DNA of 63,486 nt, filler included, from Octopus bimaculoides (Eukaryota): assembly GCF_001194135.2 (NCBI RefSeq). It is 7 parts of 7 records of this genome, joined end to end, with 100 filler letters (N's around TTAATTAATTAA, not from the genome) between each part and the next. Parts side by side here need not be neighbours in the genome. Positions count along the whole stretch, not along the records: positions 1 to 30,553 come from NC_068983.1; 6 more parts are not named here. The stretch is one strand, 5' to 3'. The translations under genes and the position numbers were made by a program. This document shows positions 12,165 to 23,465 of the stretch, one piece after another; position 1 is the stretch's first letter, and every line of letters starts with the position of its first letter. Below the pieces are notes generated by a model. The model was given only the letters and a program-made list of their open reading frames with translations, ran no database searches and was not told the DNA's origin.

Positions 12165-12390
12165 ATATATGTGTAAAAAAAATCTCATCACGCAATCAAA
12201 CCAATGAAAGAGCCTCAACTTGGTTGCTCGATATGCTAAAAATAACAGCCAAAGTATCCCCTACCTAAATCACATTCCCATTGAATTTATTGTCCTAGAT
12301 TATCCCTAAAAAGACAGTTTTCTGAAGGCTGGAATGTCTTTGATGATAGTTTTGCAGTGTCAGAGTTGATTTGAGGCTAAATAACAACAT
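12165..12390 (+). mobile_element. Decayed dispersed repeat (SINE-like family D), related copy at about 26530-26760
   Basis: Shared TCGA..TGCTA.AAATA.CAGC.AA and GGCTGGAAT/GGTTGGAAT segments with an AACAAC tail. Confidence 0.5.
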
Positions 12391-12915
12391 TATGATAAAT
12401 TTCTATATTAACACCCGCATGATTTTCACTAAGAAAAAAAACCTAATTTTTTGCGTGGAATCAAGTACCCTGACCTCCTAATATGCTTCAAATCCCTTAT
12501 TTTGGTTCGGAAAAAAATGAGGTGGGGTCCCCCCCCCATTCCCGGAATCATTGGAATGCTTCTTTTTATTTTTGTGGAATGAATTCCTGTGACCTCCTAA
12601 TATTGCAAAATTAGGTTATTTAAGGTGAGCCTGGTTACTGATGGTTTTGGAGTCTTGTTGTTTGTAACTTTTGGTGAGCCATAGTGCAACCAACAACATG
12701 GTAAAAATCCCTGCCATTAATTTGGTGTGGATGGATAATATCAAATATTTCAATCACAACATATATTTAAATTAAACATGAAAAAAATTGAAATATTATC
12801 ATCACTTACATGGAAAAATTGAAATATTTTTCAATATTTTATAAGGTAAAATCTTAAATTATTAATTGACACATTATTGATTATTTTATAACAGCAATGC
12901 CTGGAAAAACCATGG

Positions 12916-13435
12916 ATTGCATGGAAAAATGTGAGCATGAAAAGTAATATTCTTAAGATTATAAACCTGGAAAAGTACAGGACAAGTTATTACACCTGGA
13001 AAAGTATAGGACAAGCTATTACTTCAAGTAAAGTAACGATTAAGAAACTTTTTACTTAAAATATTGCAGCTAAAATTAAAATTTGAAAATTAAAACTTAT
13101 TTTATTATAGTTTACAAATAACACTATACTTATTTAAGTAGAATTTGGCTAATTTACTACCTTAAATACAGAAAAAAAGTGACTAATTGGACAAACTTAC
13201 AAATTAGCTGAACAGTTTTGTACAATAAATTTAAAAGATGAGAACTGCAAAGGGATAAATTAGAAGAACTGGCATTCTTTACTGCAATATTTTAAGTAAA
13301 AAGTTTCTTATTCTTTACTTTACTTGAAGTAATAGCTTGTCCTATACTTATACAGGTGTAATAACTTGTCCTGTGCTTTTCCAGGTTTATAATCTTAAGA
13401 ATATTACTTTTCATGCTCGCATTTTTCAATGTAAT
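12916..13435. mobile_element. Fold-back element with about 154-bp inverted arms
   Basis: Arms 12916-13069 and 13282-13435 nearly identical; each has two tandem about 29-bp ACCTGGAAAAGTA(C/T)AGGACAAG subrepeats; 212-bp AT-rich spacer. Confidence 0.85.
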
Positions 13436-13867
13436 AAAAATAAGTATAAAAATTACAAGCTTTTTAAAGATAAGGACGATATCGATAAAAACGATGTCAT
13501 TTCTGTTTGTTTTATTATACTCAAAAGATTAAGCTAAACACTTACTTGTATGTAAGGGTATGTAAAAGTATCTTAAGAGTATGTTCATCCAACTTGAAAA
13601 GTTGTCAAGACACCTATCGAACGGCAGGATGTATTCAGTAGTTTATCAGATAAAATGATAACGATTTCTAGGTCATAAATTTTGTGCGGAAGAGGTGAAA
13701 TCAACTGAACTAACTCCAGCATATGACTGGCATTTATTTATTCGACTCTAGAGTAACAAAAAAAATAACCCCGGTAGGATTTGAAGTAATTAGACATAAC
13801 TAAATACTTGAAAACACTCAACCAATACTGCCACCTCCGCTTTATAGGAACAAAGCCTCAAATTTGG

Positions 13868-15681
13868 TTGCTATGTCTTTTCGTCCGGCGTAACTTCGTC
13901 TTTTTGCCCGATGATTTTTTTGTCCAACGACTTTTTGTCCAATTTTAAATAAACTCTTTAGAAAACAAGGTGAAATATCTCTAATGATATATTCACAAAA
14001 CTATAACGATCCTCGTTCTAGGATTGTTATTATCCTTCTTTTTCCTTCTCTGTTAACAGTTTTACCTCCTCTTTTTCCTTCTCTCTCTTAAGTACGGTGC
14101 TGTGTATAGAGAGTGCTGCACATTTAGTGTACACATTTTTAATGTACCCATCCCGAAATGACAAAGTTCATAGTGTCGGCCGAAAACAAAAGAAAAGTAG
14201 CTGATGAAATTACAATTACGACTTTCATTCAAGCAATACAAAACTAGGAAAAGAATCCTGGAGATGTGAGAAAAGAAGAGTATGTTCAGTGCTAATTCAC
14301 ACCATAACGGAAAACAATGAGCCGAAAATTATTTATTTTTCTAGTAAGCACCTTCATCCAGCAGATGTAGATTCGTTAAATGCTAGAAAAGCAGTTTCAG
14401 AAATAAAGCATGAAGCGGTGGAAAACAGAGCAACAAGTTCGCGTAGCATAATAACGGCTAAGTTTACGCAGCTAACAGAAAATACTTGCTCACAACTTCG
14501 TCGTTTACCTGTACTTTCCAGGATTATTCAAAGGTGCCGACAAAAAAAAATCTGGATTTCTCGCTAATCCAGGGGCTAGAACTGATTTTGAAATACCTGA
14601 TGAATATTATAAACTTGATAATGGCGAACAGTTTCTGAGATACGATTCGGGTATCGAGGATCAACAACGCCTACTAGTATTTGCATCAGAAAGTGCTCTT
14701 TAGAATATAGCATCATATCATCATTGGGTATGTGATGGAACGTTCAAAGTTGTGTCAGAACAGTAACACAGTTCATGTACAAGTTAAAGGCAGCAGTTTT
14801 CCCCGGGTCTTTGCATTACTGCCGAATAAAACAAAGCGGATATATGAATTATTTTTCGAGCAATTTAAAATTATGCAACCTAATGCATATCCGCTTGATC
14901 ACAAGGCAGATTTCGAAGTTGCAGTTCATAAAGCATTTAATTCATCATTCCCTAATTCATCTATTGTGTAATGTTTGTTTCATTTGAGCCAGTCAGTGTT
15001 TTGAAAGATTACAGATTTAGGCCTCAAAGTAAAATACAATAAAAACTCTGAATTCTGTCTTAAAATTCGATGTTTTTCAGCATTAGCCTTTCTACTCGTC
15101 GAAGATGTCGAAGAGGTCTATGAAGAACGAATAGACGACGAACAAATACCTGCTGAATTCATCGCTTACTTCGACTGACTTTGTAAGGCATTGTGAGAGG
15201 ACGTGATGCTAGACGAAGGAGAGAACCACCTACTTTCCCGAAAGCTGTATGGAATGTTAATCAGAACAAATAATGCTGCGGAGGGGTTTCATTTGGCGAT
15301 AAAGCGTTCGGCGGGTGTGGCACATTTGGATATTTCGAAATTAATCAAAACTCTGAAGGAAGAGGAAGGGTAAAATGACTCAAGTTCTTCGAGGAGATCC
15401 TGAATATGGGTCGACAAGAAAAAACTGAAGAGTAATAAATCATTAGTTATATGATTACTTTTTTAAAATGACTTTTTTAAAATACATTTTTACTTGAAGC
15501 CTATCAATAAAATTCTCAATGATCATTTGATTTTCATGTTCATCTTGTTTTCTAAGGAGTTTTTCTAAAATCGGACAAAATGTTGGACAAAAAAAAATCA
15601 TCGGACAAAAAGACATCGGACGAAAAGACGTGGACGAAGTGACGTTGGACAAAGTAACATCGGATGAAAAGTCGGGTCACG
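13868..15681 (+). mobile_element. Mutator-like (FLYWCH-MULE) transposon, pseudogenised, both TIRs present
   Basis: WRCEKR..C...HLHP (FLYWCH), WVCDGTFKV, FALLPNKT, DFEVAVHKAF...CLFH (MULE DDE); about 100-bp TIRs of TTTTCGTCCG-type subrepeats; AAATTTGG on both flanks (13860-13867, 15683-15690). Confidence 0.9.
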
Positions 15682-15792
15682 GAAATTTGGTAGGTGGGGG
15701 ACTAGTCGATTATATCGATTCCAGTACTCAGCTGGTACTTATTTTATCGACCCCGAAAAAAGGAAAAGCAAAGTCGACCTCAGTGGAATTTG
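15682..15792 (-). mobile_element. SINE family C, host of the MULE insertion (remainder at about 13845-13867)
   Basis: Reverse complement of the family-C 3' half continues across the MULE. Confidence 0.7.
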
Positions 15793-15859
15793 TATAGTAA
15801 TGATGATAATGAGGATGAACATATCTACGTGGAAATTACTTTAAATGTACTAAGAGTTA

Positions 15860-16350
15860 TTATTTCTGTTTTTAGAGAACATGATATAACAGGATATAAT
15901 CGAATGACCACCAGCGACGGATGGCGCTTTGAAAGAATTTTGGGAGTATCAGATGATTTAAAGTGATTTTGAGCCATAATAATTGTATGTCCGTTTTTAC
16001 TGACGTCTTTTTGAAAGAAAAAAAAAATGATGTGTGGAGTGGTGAACAGAATGGTTTCTCCACACCTGCAACCATTACTTTTCAGAGCAGAATTGGGCAA
16101 ACTCCGGAAGTCGAGGAAACAGGTGTTACTCTGTATGTTGGCAACAAATAAGTCAGCAGATGAGTTTGATAAATTCATTTGTTGTAAGGAGTGTATATAA
16201 TCTAACGCCCCAAGCCCCACCTTATATGAGGCTAAGGAAGGTAGAATATCATATCGTAGTTTGGAGCTGGGAGAAGGTAAGGGCAATGTTCGAAGTGTTA
16301 TATTGTACACTCCTCAAGTTGGAATTTTGTATGGGTTTCAAAGTAGATTG
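15860..16350 (+). mobile_element. Heavily decayed RLE LINE remnant (HERO/NeSL-like)
   Basis: SFVVRSVYNLTP resembles the FLLRSVYD.LP motif preceding the CCHC knuckle; otherwise weak. Confidence 0.35.
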
Positions 16351-16954
16351 ACTGAATTAGGTGTAGAACAGTTTTCTGTTTACTATCTTTTCATAGTATC
16401 TTGTTTTAATATATTTCAACTTTTATTTGTCGCTTTATGATTTCCTTCTGACAATCGTAGAAAGATGACTGTTAGTCAGAAAATAGTAGATTGAGACATG
16501 TTAGTTAGAAGATATAAACCCAGTTGTATAAGGACTCTGCTACTCGTGAATTATGAGCTGAATTAACAAACATTATTCTAATTCATATAAGACTCGCTTC
16601 AAAGTGGATCAGTGCACAGTGTTAAGACTGCAACCTTTCTGGATCTATTTACACAATAAATAATCCAATGTTTGATAAGGTCAACCCTGAAAAGCATACA
16701 CAAGGAAAAATATAAAACAAATGCAAATTGCAGCTTACTGAACGACGAAAATTACTTAACAGCCTGAGAACGCCGATATTTATATTGAAATAACAACATT
16801 CCATCATAAGTTTTTTTTATCTGTTTTCGTAAAATATGTTCCAAGCATCAGCTACATAATAGAAAATTTATTTTACTAAATCCATTGAAATGTTTTCAAA
16901 TTAAACTGAAACACATAGCCAAAATAGGTCGTGAAAGAGTGAAACTACTAAGAA

Positions 16955-18125
16955 TTAGAGAAATTTATATCTGCTGGAAGATGGCGTCCGTGATGACGAG
17001 CTGGTGCTCTCTGCAAAACTCCAACAGTAAACGCCCGTTGTCGTTACAGCTACCAATGCCATGTCTACCAAGTATTCCTTTCCCGGTTACAGAATCTCGG
17101 ATCACTCTCGCGTTGAAATCTCCAAGGATTATCACCATGTCGTTTGCAAGACTATCTTGTAAGATATTGCGCTGATTTGTGGAAGATTTGGCCTTTTATA
17201 CACGATCTGCTTGAAGAATTGGGAAGCATATACTGAAGAGCATAACATATTGCTCATTACTAAGTAGGAGGCGCACAGAGATGATGCAGTCAGAATGACC
17301 TCTCAGAAAGTTTTCAAGCTGGGAAACAACAGAGTTTCTGATCATGAAATCACGTCCGAAATACACCTCTCTGTTGCTGGTTTGTCTGACCAGTAGAGGG
17401 TGTATGCAGTGCCATATTCTTGAAAGCTGCCTTCCTGTGGATAGTAGACTTCACTGGGAGCAGCGATGTCAACATACAGTGTAGACGACTGCTGTCGGCT
17501 GTGTCTAGCATGGTTCTGATGTTCCAGCTTGCGATTTTCAGTCCTTTCACACCCTTGCAGGTGAGTGCGTATCTTTACCTCTTTTATGTTGAGAAGATGC
17601 CCGTTGTTTGCCAGCTGGAAGTGTAGAAGATGAGCTATGTTTAGGCCACCGTTTCTAAGCCATGTGGAGCAAACTGTCCTATCCCTGGAAAAAGCTGCTT
17701 GGTCATCCAGGGTATACTGAACGATGTCATTGTCCCCAGGTTAACATCTTGAACCGCCTGCATACAGGACTGGGACTGCGGCTTCCAGTATCATCTTCGA
17801 TCTGCCGTTTGAATCACTTTCCCATAGTTATAGGGCTTGGAATGATTGGTGGTTGGGGACCTGTCCTTCGAGCCTGAGCAGTAGAGTTGTTAGGTGAAAT
17901 TCAGTGGTCACTGAAATGGTCCCGACCTTTACACCCAGGGTTCATCTGTCATGGCCCAGAAAACTGGAACGACGGTGACAGCGAGAGTGTCGGGTTGTAG
18001 GTTTTATATCAGAGTTTCCTCCTCCTAGCCTCTGGTTAAAAAAAACCTTCCTTGGAGACACAGGGACAGCTACTCAGGCTGGAGTGTGGCTACTGGATGC
18101 TACAAGACATGTCCATGCACTCAGG
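16955..18125 (-). mobile_element. RTE-clade LINE 5' portion (5' UTR plus APE endonuclease)
   Basis: KIASWNIRTMLD, VIILGDFNARV and GRHGIGSCNDNGRLLLEFC are diagnostic RTE APE motifs; frameshifted. Confidence 0.9.
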
Positions 18126-19087
18126 ATTTTGGCATATCGAGTCTGTTCAATATGCTTTGCCACTAAAACTATTTAACCTATAGACGGGACCCTGACAGGT
18201 ACTACCACTCCGAGTCAGAGAGCACCTTGGAATAATGGCGACTAAAGGTTAACCCCATTCTCCCCCAGAATTCCATAACTCACGAGCCGGATGCAGTTTA
18301 GTGTCATTCCCAGGGCATAGATCAGTTATAATTAGAAATACCTATTCTAAAATTCTGGGGAGAAACAAGTAGTTAAAACGTCACATATTTTTTTGTATCA
18401 AGCATTTTGTGAACAATTGTTTTATTGGTTTTAACTTCCCAATAAATCAATCAGTGATACATTAAGCTAGAGGATGTTATTCAAGGACTCAACTACGAGT
18501 CTACTGCATCTTATAGCAAAAATTGGTGTAAGCTAATGACATTCAAAACATAACTTTTGTTTTTCCTGTGTCATCTCTTTTTCTTATTACCGCTCTATAC
18601 TCGTCAAACACTTTGTTCTGAAACATGCGCATATTGGATTCTATACCAGGTTATTAAGTCTCGCAATGCCTAAGCGAAATAGCGATATATATATATATAT
18701 ATATATANNNNNNNNNNNNNNNNNNNNNNNNNNNNNNNNNNNNNNNNNNNNNNNNNNNNNNNNNNNNNNNNNNNNNNNNNNNNNNNNNNNNNNNNNNNNN
18801 NNNNNNNNNNNNNNNNNNNNNNNNNNNNNNNNNNNNNNNNNNNNNNNNNNNNNNNNNNNNNNNNNNNNNNNNNNNNNNNNNNNNNNNNNNNNNNNNNNNN
18901 NNNNNNNNNNNNNNNNNNNNNNNNNNNNNNNNNNNNNNNNNNNNNNNNNNNNNNNNNNNNNNNNNNNNNNNNNNNNNNNNNNNNNNNNNNNNNNNNNNNN
19001 NNNNNNNNNNNNNNNNNNNNNNNNNNNNNNNNNNNNNNNNNNNNNNNNNNNNNNNNNNNNNNNNNNNNNNNNNNNNNNNNNNNNNNN

Positions 19088-19132
<45 letters not shown>

Positions 19133-19135
19133 GTA

Positions 19136-19293
19136 TGATAGGTCTTTCAGTTTTCTTCTACCATATCCACTCAGAAAGATTTGATCGGCCTGCGGCTATA
19201 GTAGAAGACACCCAAACTGCCACGCAGTGGGACTGAGCCTGGAACCAAGTGGTTGGGAAGCAAACTTCTTACAATACAGCCATACCTGAGCCT
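19136..19293 (-). mobile_element. SINE family B (CORE-like), 5' half
   Basis: Reverse complement of the family-B head seen intact at 53810. Confidence 0.8.
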
Positions 19294-20089
19294 ATTGTAC
19301 ACCCAGTATAAAGAACCCCGTATTTTCTGATATCTTCTATCTCATCAGCGCAATATTTTGTTAGATCTCATCCTATTAATGACATCCAACTAAAATCACA
19401 ATTACTACAGGGTATTTTAGGTAACTTATTTGGTTGTTGAACATAATTAGAGTATATATAATTCAGTTAAGAGATATAGTTTACGAAGTTAAACATACAC
19501 ACACGTACACACTTACACTCTTATATACATGTATGAATAATGTATATCTTTTCGACAAAACCTTGTGTTTCCTTCTTTAGCCCACAAAGTCAGAGATGTG
19601 CACTCAACACTAGCCAATCCTCATTCGTCATTAGACTTTCTCTATGACAAAATCAGCAGCTTCTCTAAATCTCACGTTGCATCATTAACTTCTGAAATGT
19701 ATGCTTTTGTAAAACTCCCCAAATACGATAAGGATCTGTGCCATGACTTTCATAATTCAAAACAATTGCCATAAGTGTATTCAGTTTCTCAAACCATGTC
19801 CAATCAAAATCAGCCTTTTTCAACGCTTATGCATATATGCATGCATGTGTATATGTGTCTTCATGTACACATGCGCGCGCGCATACACACACACATACAC
19901 ACATATATTTAAGCAAAATAGCTAGTTATAAAATATCAATAAGAGATAGAGTAGTAACGTACACTAAACAGTAACGCGAGTAGCCACATCAAAGTGGCAG
20001 ATGAATGTTACCACTAGTTTAACCCCAGGCGGATCCTCCGCCACCTGGTTTTCGGTGCAAGCTTTGCACCCTTTATATACAATATATCG

Positions 20090-20134
20090 CGCGGCTGATG
20101 TGAGCCAAATAGCTCGAAACTGGCCGGTCCCGCG
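20090..20134 (+). ncRNA. Type I hammerhead motif, copy 1 (A9U variant)
   Basis: CGCGG-CUGAUGU-GAGC(CAAAUA)GCUC-GAAA-CUGGCCGGU-C-CCGCG; predicted cut after 20129. Confidence 0.75.
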
Positions 20135-20326
20135 ATCCTGTCAGCTGCTAGGAGATGGTAGGGGTTCGCTCCTCCTGCTAGCGATATATTGTATATAAAC
20201 GGTGAAGAGCATTCACCGAAAACCAGCTGGTGGAGAAACTACCGGGGGTTAAACTGGTAGTAACATTCATCTGACACTTTGATGTGGCTAATCGCTTCAC
20301 TATTTAGTATACGTTACTACTCTATC

Positions 20327-20712
20327 GTGGAGACGCAATGGCCCAATGGTTAGAGCAGCGGACACGCGGTCATAAGATCGCAGTTTCGATTCCCAGACCG
20401 GGCGGTTTGAGTGTTTATTGAGCGAAAACACCTAAAGCTCCACGAAGTTCCGGCAGGGGATGGTGGCGAACCCTTCTGTACTCTTTCGCCACAACTTTCT
20501 CTCACTCCTACTTCCTGTTTCTGTTGTACCTGTAATTCAAAGGGTCAGCCTTGTCACACTTTGTCACACTGAATATCCTCCGAGAACTACGTTAAGGGTA
20601 CACATGTCTGTGGAGTGCTCAGCCACTTGCACGTTAATTTCACGAGCAGGCTGTTCCGTTGATCGGATCAACTGGAACCCTCTTCGTCGTAAGCGACGGA
20701 GTGCCAACAACA
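20327..20712 (+). mobile_element. Full-length tRNA-derived SINE family A
   Basis: A box TGGCCCAATGG, B box GTTTCGATTCC, (CAA)n tail, TSD ACTACTCTATC at 20316-20326 and 20713-20723. Confidence 0.95.
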
Positions 20713-20840
20713 ACTACTCTATCTCTTCTTGAGATTTTATAACTAGCTATTTTGCTTGTTGCAAATCAGTGACCGATGGTCACTTTACAATATACCGCTG
20801 GCAGAAGCGGATTTAGATATCGCTCCACTGCGCAGGTGTG

Positions 20841-20885
20841 CGCGGCTGATGTGAGCCAAATAGCTCGAAACTGGCCGGTCCCGCG
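20841..20885 (+). ncRNA. Type I hammerhead motif, copy 2 (A9U variant)
   Basis: Identical to copy 1; predicted cut after 20880; upstream CAGGUGUG retained. Confidence 0.75.
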
Positions 20886-21191
20886 ACCCAGACAGCTGTT
20901 GAGAGATAGTAGGGATTCGCTCCCCTGCTAGTGATATATTGTATATTAAGGGTGCAGAGCTTGCACCGAAAACCAGCAGATGGAGAATCCGCCTGGAGTT
21001 AAACTAATAGTAACATTCATCTGCCACTTTGATGTGGCTACTCGCTTTACTATATATATATATATATATAAATAAAAGATAAACAAGAGTGAAAAAACTA
21101 CAGAAGGCTTGTGTTACATGGTTAAAGTATATATTTAAATTATGTCAAAAAAATGTTATAAAATTTTTTTGGTATATAAACATTGTATTTG

Positions 21192-21230
21192 GAGAAATAA
21201 CCGGTTTCGTGTTGTCATTTCAAATTTCTC
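21192..21230 (-). ncRNA. Degenerate minimal hammerhead in the PLE 3' region
   Basis: Minus: stem I GAGAAAU/AUUUCUC (7 bp), GAAA, palindromic ACCGGU stem III; the CUGANGA box and stem II are damaged (UUGAAAUGACAACAC). Confidence 0.4.
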
Positions 21231-21450
21231 TACTTCATGGTAACATGTCTTCGCTCCCGTGTGTAAATAAAAGAGTTCTAGATAGGGGGAGGTAATTAGG
21301 GATTCCTTCCGGTATAAGGGAGATAATCGAAATGTAGAAGGTGATAGATTTTGATTAATTTATCATGGTTTGGTTTACAATGAATAGTATGTCAGCTTTT
21401 GTTCTATATTTTTTTCCTCTCAGTGAGGTGAATTTCCTTATTTAAGAGTG

Positions 21451-22018
21451 TTAGCAATGGTTAAGTTTGGGTTTATATTTTTGAATGAAGAAGGTTTCCT
21501 TATTTAATCTAATTTGTGTTGGTGTACTAATGGCACATTGATAGAATGGAAAGATTATAAATTGTGGTAGCATTTGTTTTGCGGATTTCTCAATATGCTC
21601 ACTAAAGGGTATCATTCGGTATTCTGGGCATGCAATCTGCCGTCGATGCAGAGTGCATCTGCGTCTGAGCGTTAATCCTGTGGACCCTATGTAATTTTTG
21701 TGGCAGCCCGAGCATCTTATCACATAAGTAAGGTTTTCTGAGGCACAAGTAAAGTCAGATTTAACTTTGAATTTTTGTCCCTCTTTGAAGAGGAATTCTG
21801 AACCTTCTAGAAGGTTTGGGCATGTTGCGCAATTTGGTCGACCACATTTTTTCACTTTTGCATCTGTTATTTTGGAAAATAATTTTGCCTTTGTGAGGAT
21901 CTTTTTCAGTGATTTTGGTTGTTTGTAGCTTTTAATGATTTTGTGTGTGTGTAAAATTTCCTTTAATTTGGGGTCCTTATGTAGTATTGGTATGTTTTGT
22001 CAGATTTTAAAAGAAATC
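21451..22018 (-). mobile_element. Penelope-like element, GIY-YIG endonuclease region (5'-truncated)
   Basis: CGRPNCATC...TCASENLTYVIRCSGCHKNYIGSTGLTLRRRCTLH...SEH...KETFFIQKYKPKLN: GIY-YIG with Cys/His zinc motif; 3' UTR extends to about 21070. Confidence 0.9.
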
Positions 22019-22019
22019 A

Positions 22020-22037
22020 TCATGATCATCATGATCA

Positions 22038-22092
<55 letters not shown>

Positions 22093-22155
22093 CATCATCA
22101 TCATTAGTAGCAGTAGTAATAGTAGTAGTGGTAGTAGTAGTAGTAGTAGTAGTAG
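22020..22155. repeat. Compound (ATC)/(TTA)/(TAG) microsatellite
   Basis: Direct reading. Confidence 0.95.
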
Positions 22156-22156
22156 G

Positions 22157-22310
22157 AAGGTGGCCAGTTGGCAGAATCGTTAGCACGCCGGCCAAAATGT
22201 TTACCAGCATTTCGTCCGTTTTTACGCTCTTAGTTCAAATTCCGCCGATATCGATTTTGCCTTCCAACATTTCGGGGTCGGTAAAATAAGTACCAGCTGT
22301 GTTCTCGGGT
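22157..22310 (+). mobile_element. SINE family C
   Basis: Head GGCAGAATCGTTAGCACGCCGG and central TTTCGGGGTCGGTAAAATAAGTACCAG. Confidence 0.85.
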
Positions 22311-22364
22311 TCTAAGTCATGAAAATAATACAGAAGCGGACAATACATAATACATATATCATTT

Positions 22365-22417
<53 letters not shown>

Positions 22418-23142
22418 ACGTAAGCATATTATTCGTTAATGGAAGTAAACTGAATAAAATGAAGCAGACATTTTTCAGGTTTGTACTAAATACGTAATAT
22501 ATAAAGCCAGACTTTCGATCGAAACAGCTTCCTTAAGATCTGGCCTTTATTAATGCGTTTTCTCACTGAGGCTTGGCTTAGTTTGTGTATTTCGTCACTG
22601 ATTCGAAATCGACAGGACAGTAATAAATTCACAAATACATTTTTAAAATAGATGAAGACCCTTTAATTGACAACCTATCATTGTATAATTATACTTATAT
22701 TTATTTACCTAATATGATAACTATGTGTTTTCCTGCTTATGATATTTTCAGCTTATCAGATAATCAGTTCAGTCAAACAGCTTAATATCTTAAATGAGCT
22801 TCCTCTTTTTTAGGTTGTGAGTTGTAATTTGTTTCAAGTGATATGATAGATATATACAATGACTGTCCAAAAAGTTATTGCAAGAACCTCTAGGTAGGTC
22901 GTGGGATGAGTCTGAAGATGAGCACTTATCTTTGGCGGGTGGAACAGTTCTGGCTTTTGTGTAGGCTTCTCTGATTGTGCCTGTATAGCTCACTCATACA
23001 CACGTTTACATATATTTTTTCATATCACTTTGTTTGCTTGTTTGTTTTTATCGTTGTTTTCCAAACAAAATCGACATAAAATAACTTCTTAGGCAATTTG
23101 CCCTTGTAATTCCTCCTATAATACATCAATCTTATCATACTA

Positions 23143-23385
23143 AATGAGGTGGTGGATTAGTAGAATCGATAGAGGGGTGGGAAAGATGTATCTTTTAATG
23201 TATATATGTATTTGTTCTGACTCATTACATTATGGGTTCAAATCCCGCCGAAGTCAACTTTGCCTTTTATATCTCAAGGAGTGTTGATAAAATGAAACAT
23301 GTCAAGTGCAAGGATCGACGACATTTACTAATCCCATCCAACAAATTCCAGGCTTTGTGCCTGCGACAGAAAGGATCATTATTAT
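23143..23385 (+). mobile_element. Decayed SINE family C
   Basis: GGTTCAAATCCCGCCGAAGTCAACTTTGCC and the TGTGCC...AGAAAGGATCATTATT tail. Confidence 0.65.
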
Positions 23386-23465
23386 TTTTGTTGTTGCTAC
23401 TGTTGTTGGTTATCGCCATAACTGAACGCGTTTTGGAAACCCCGTGTGTGTGCTTGGATGTGTGT

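Larger units (their letters stand above)
19911..21050 (+). mobile_element. Tandem hammerhead repeat (retrozyme-like) with 5' inverted arm
   Basis: Two 45-nt identical hammerhead motifs 751 bp apart (354 nt once the SINE and one TSD are removed); 19911-20090 is an inverted copy of 20181-20326 plus 20724-20757. Confidence 0.8.

Noticed and set aside
19310-19350. Minus-strand CUGAUGA-GAUA/UAUC-A-GAAAA motif
   Set aside because: No complementary stem I and an extra base before GAAA; treated as chance.
20327-20410. tRNA-like A/B boxes as a tRNA gene (also other SINE heads)
   Set aside because: They continue into SINE bodies with tails and TSDs; no complete cloverleaf. No rRNA or true tRNA gene was seen in the window.
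22505-22545. GCCAGA hairpin with TTTCGATCGAAA palindrome resembling a ribozyme relic
   Set aside because: No valid CUGANGA box on either strand.
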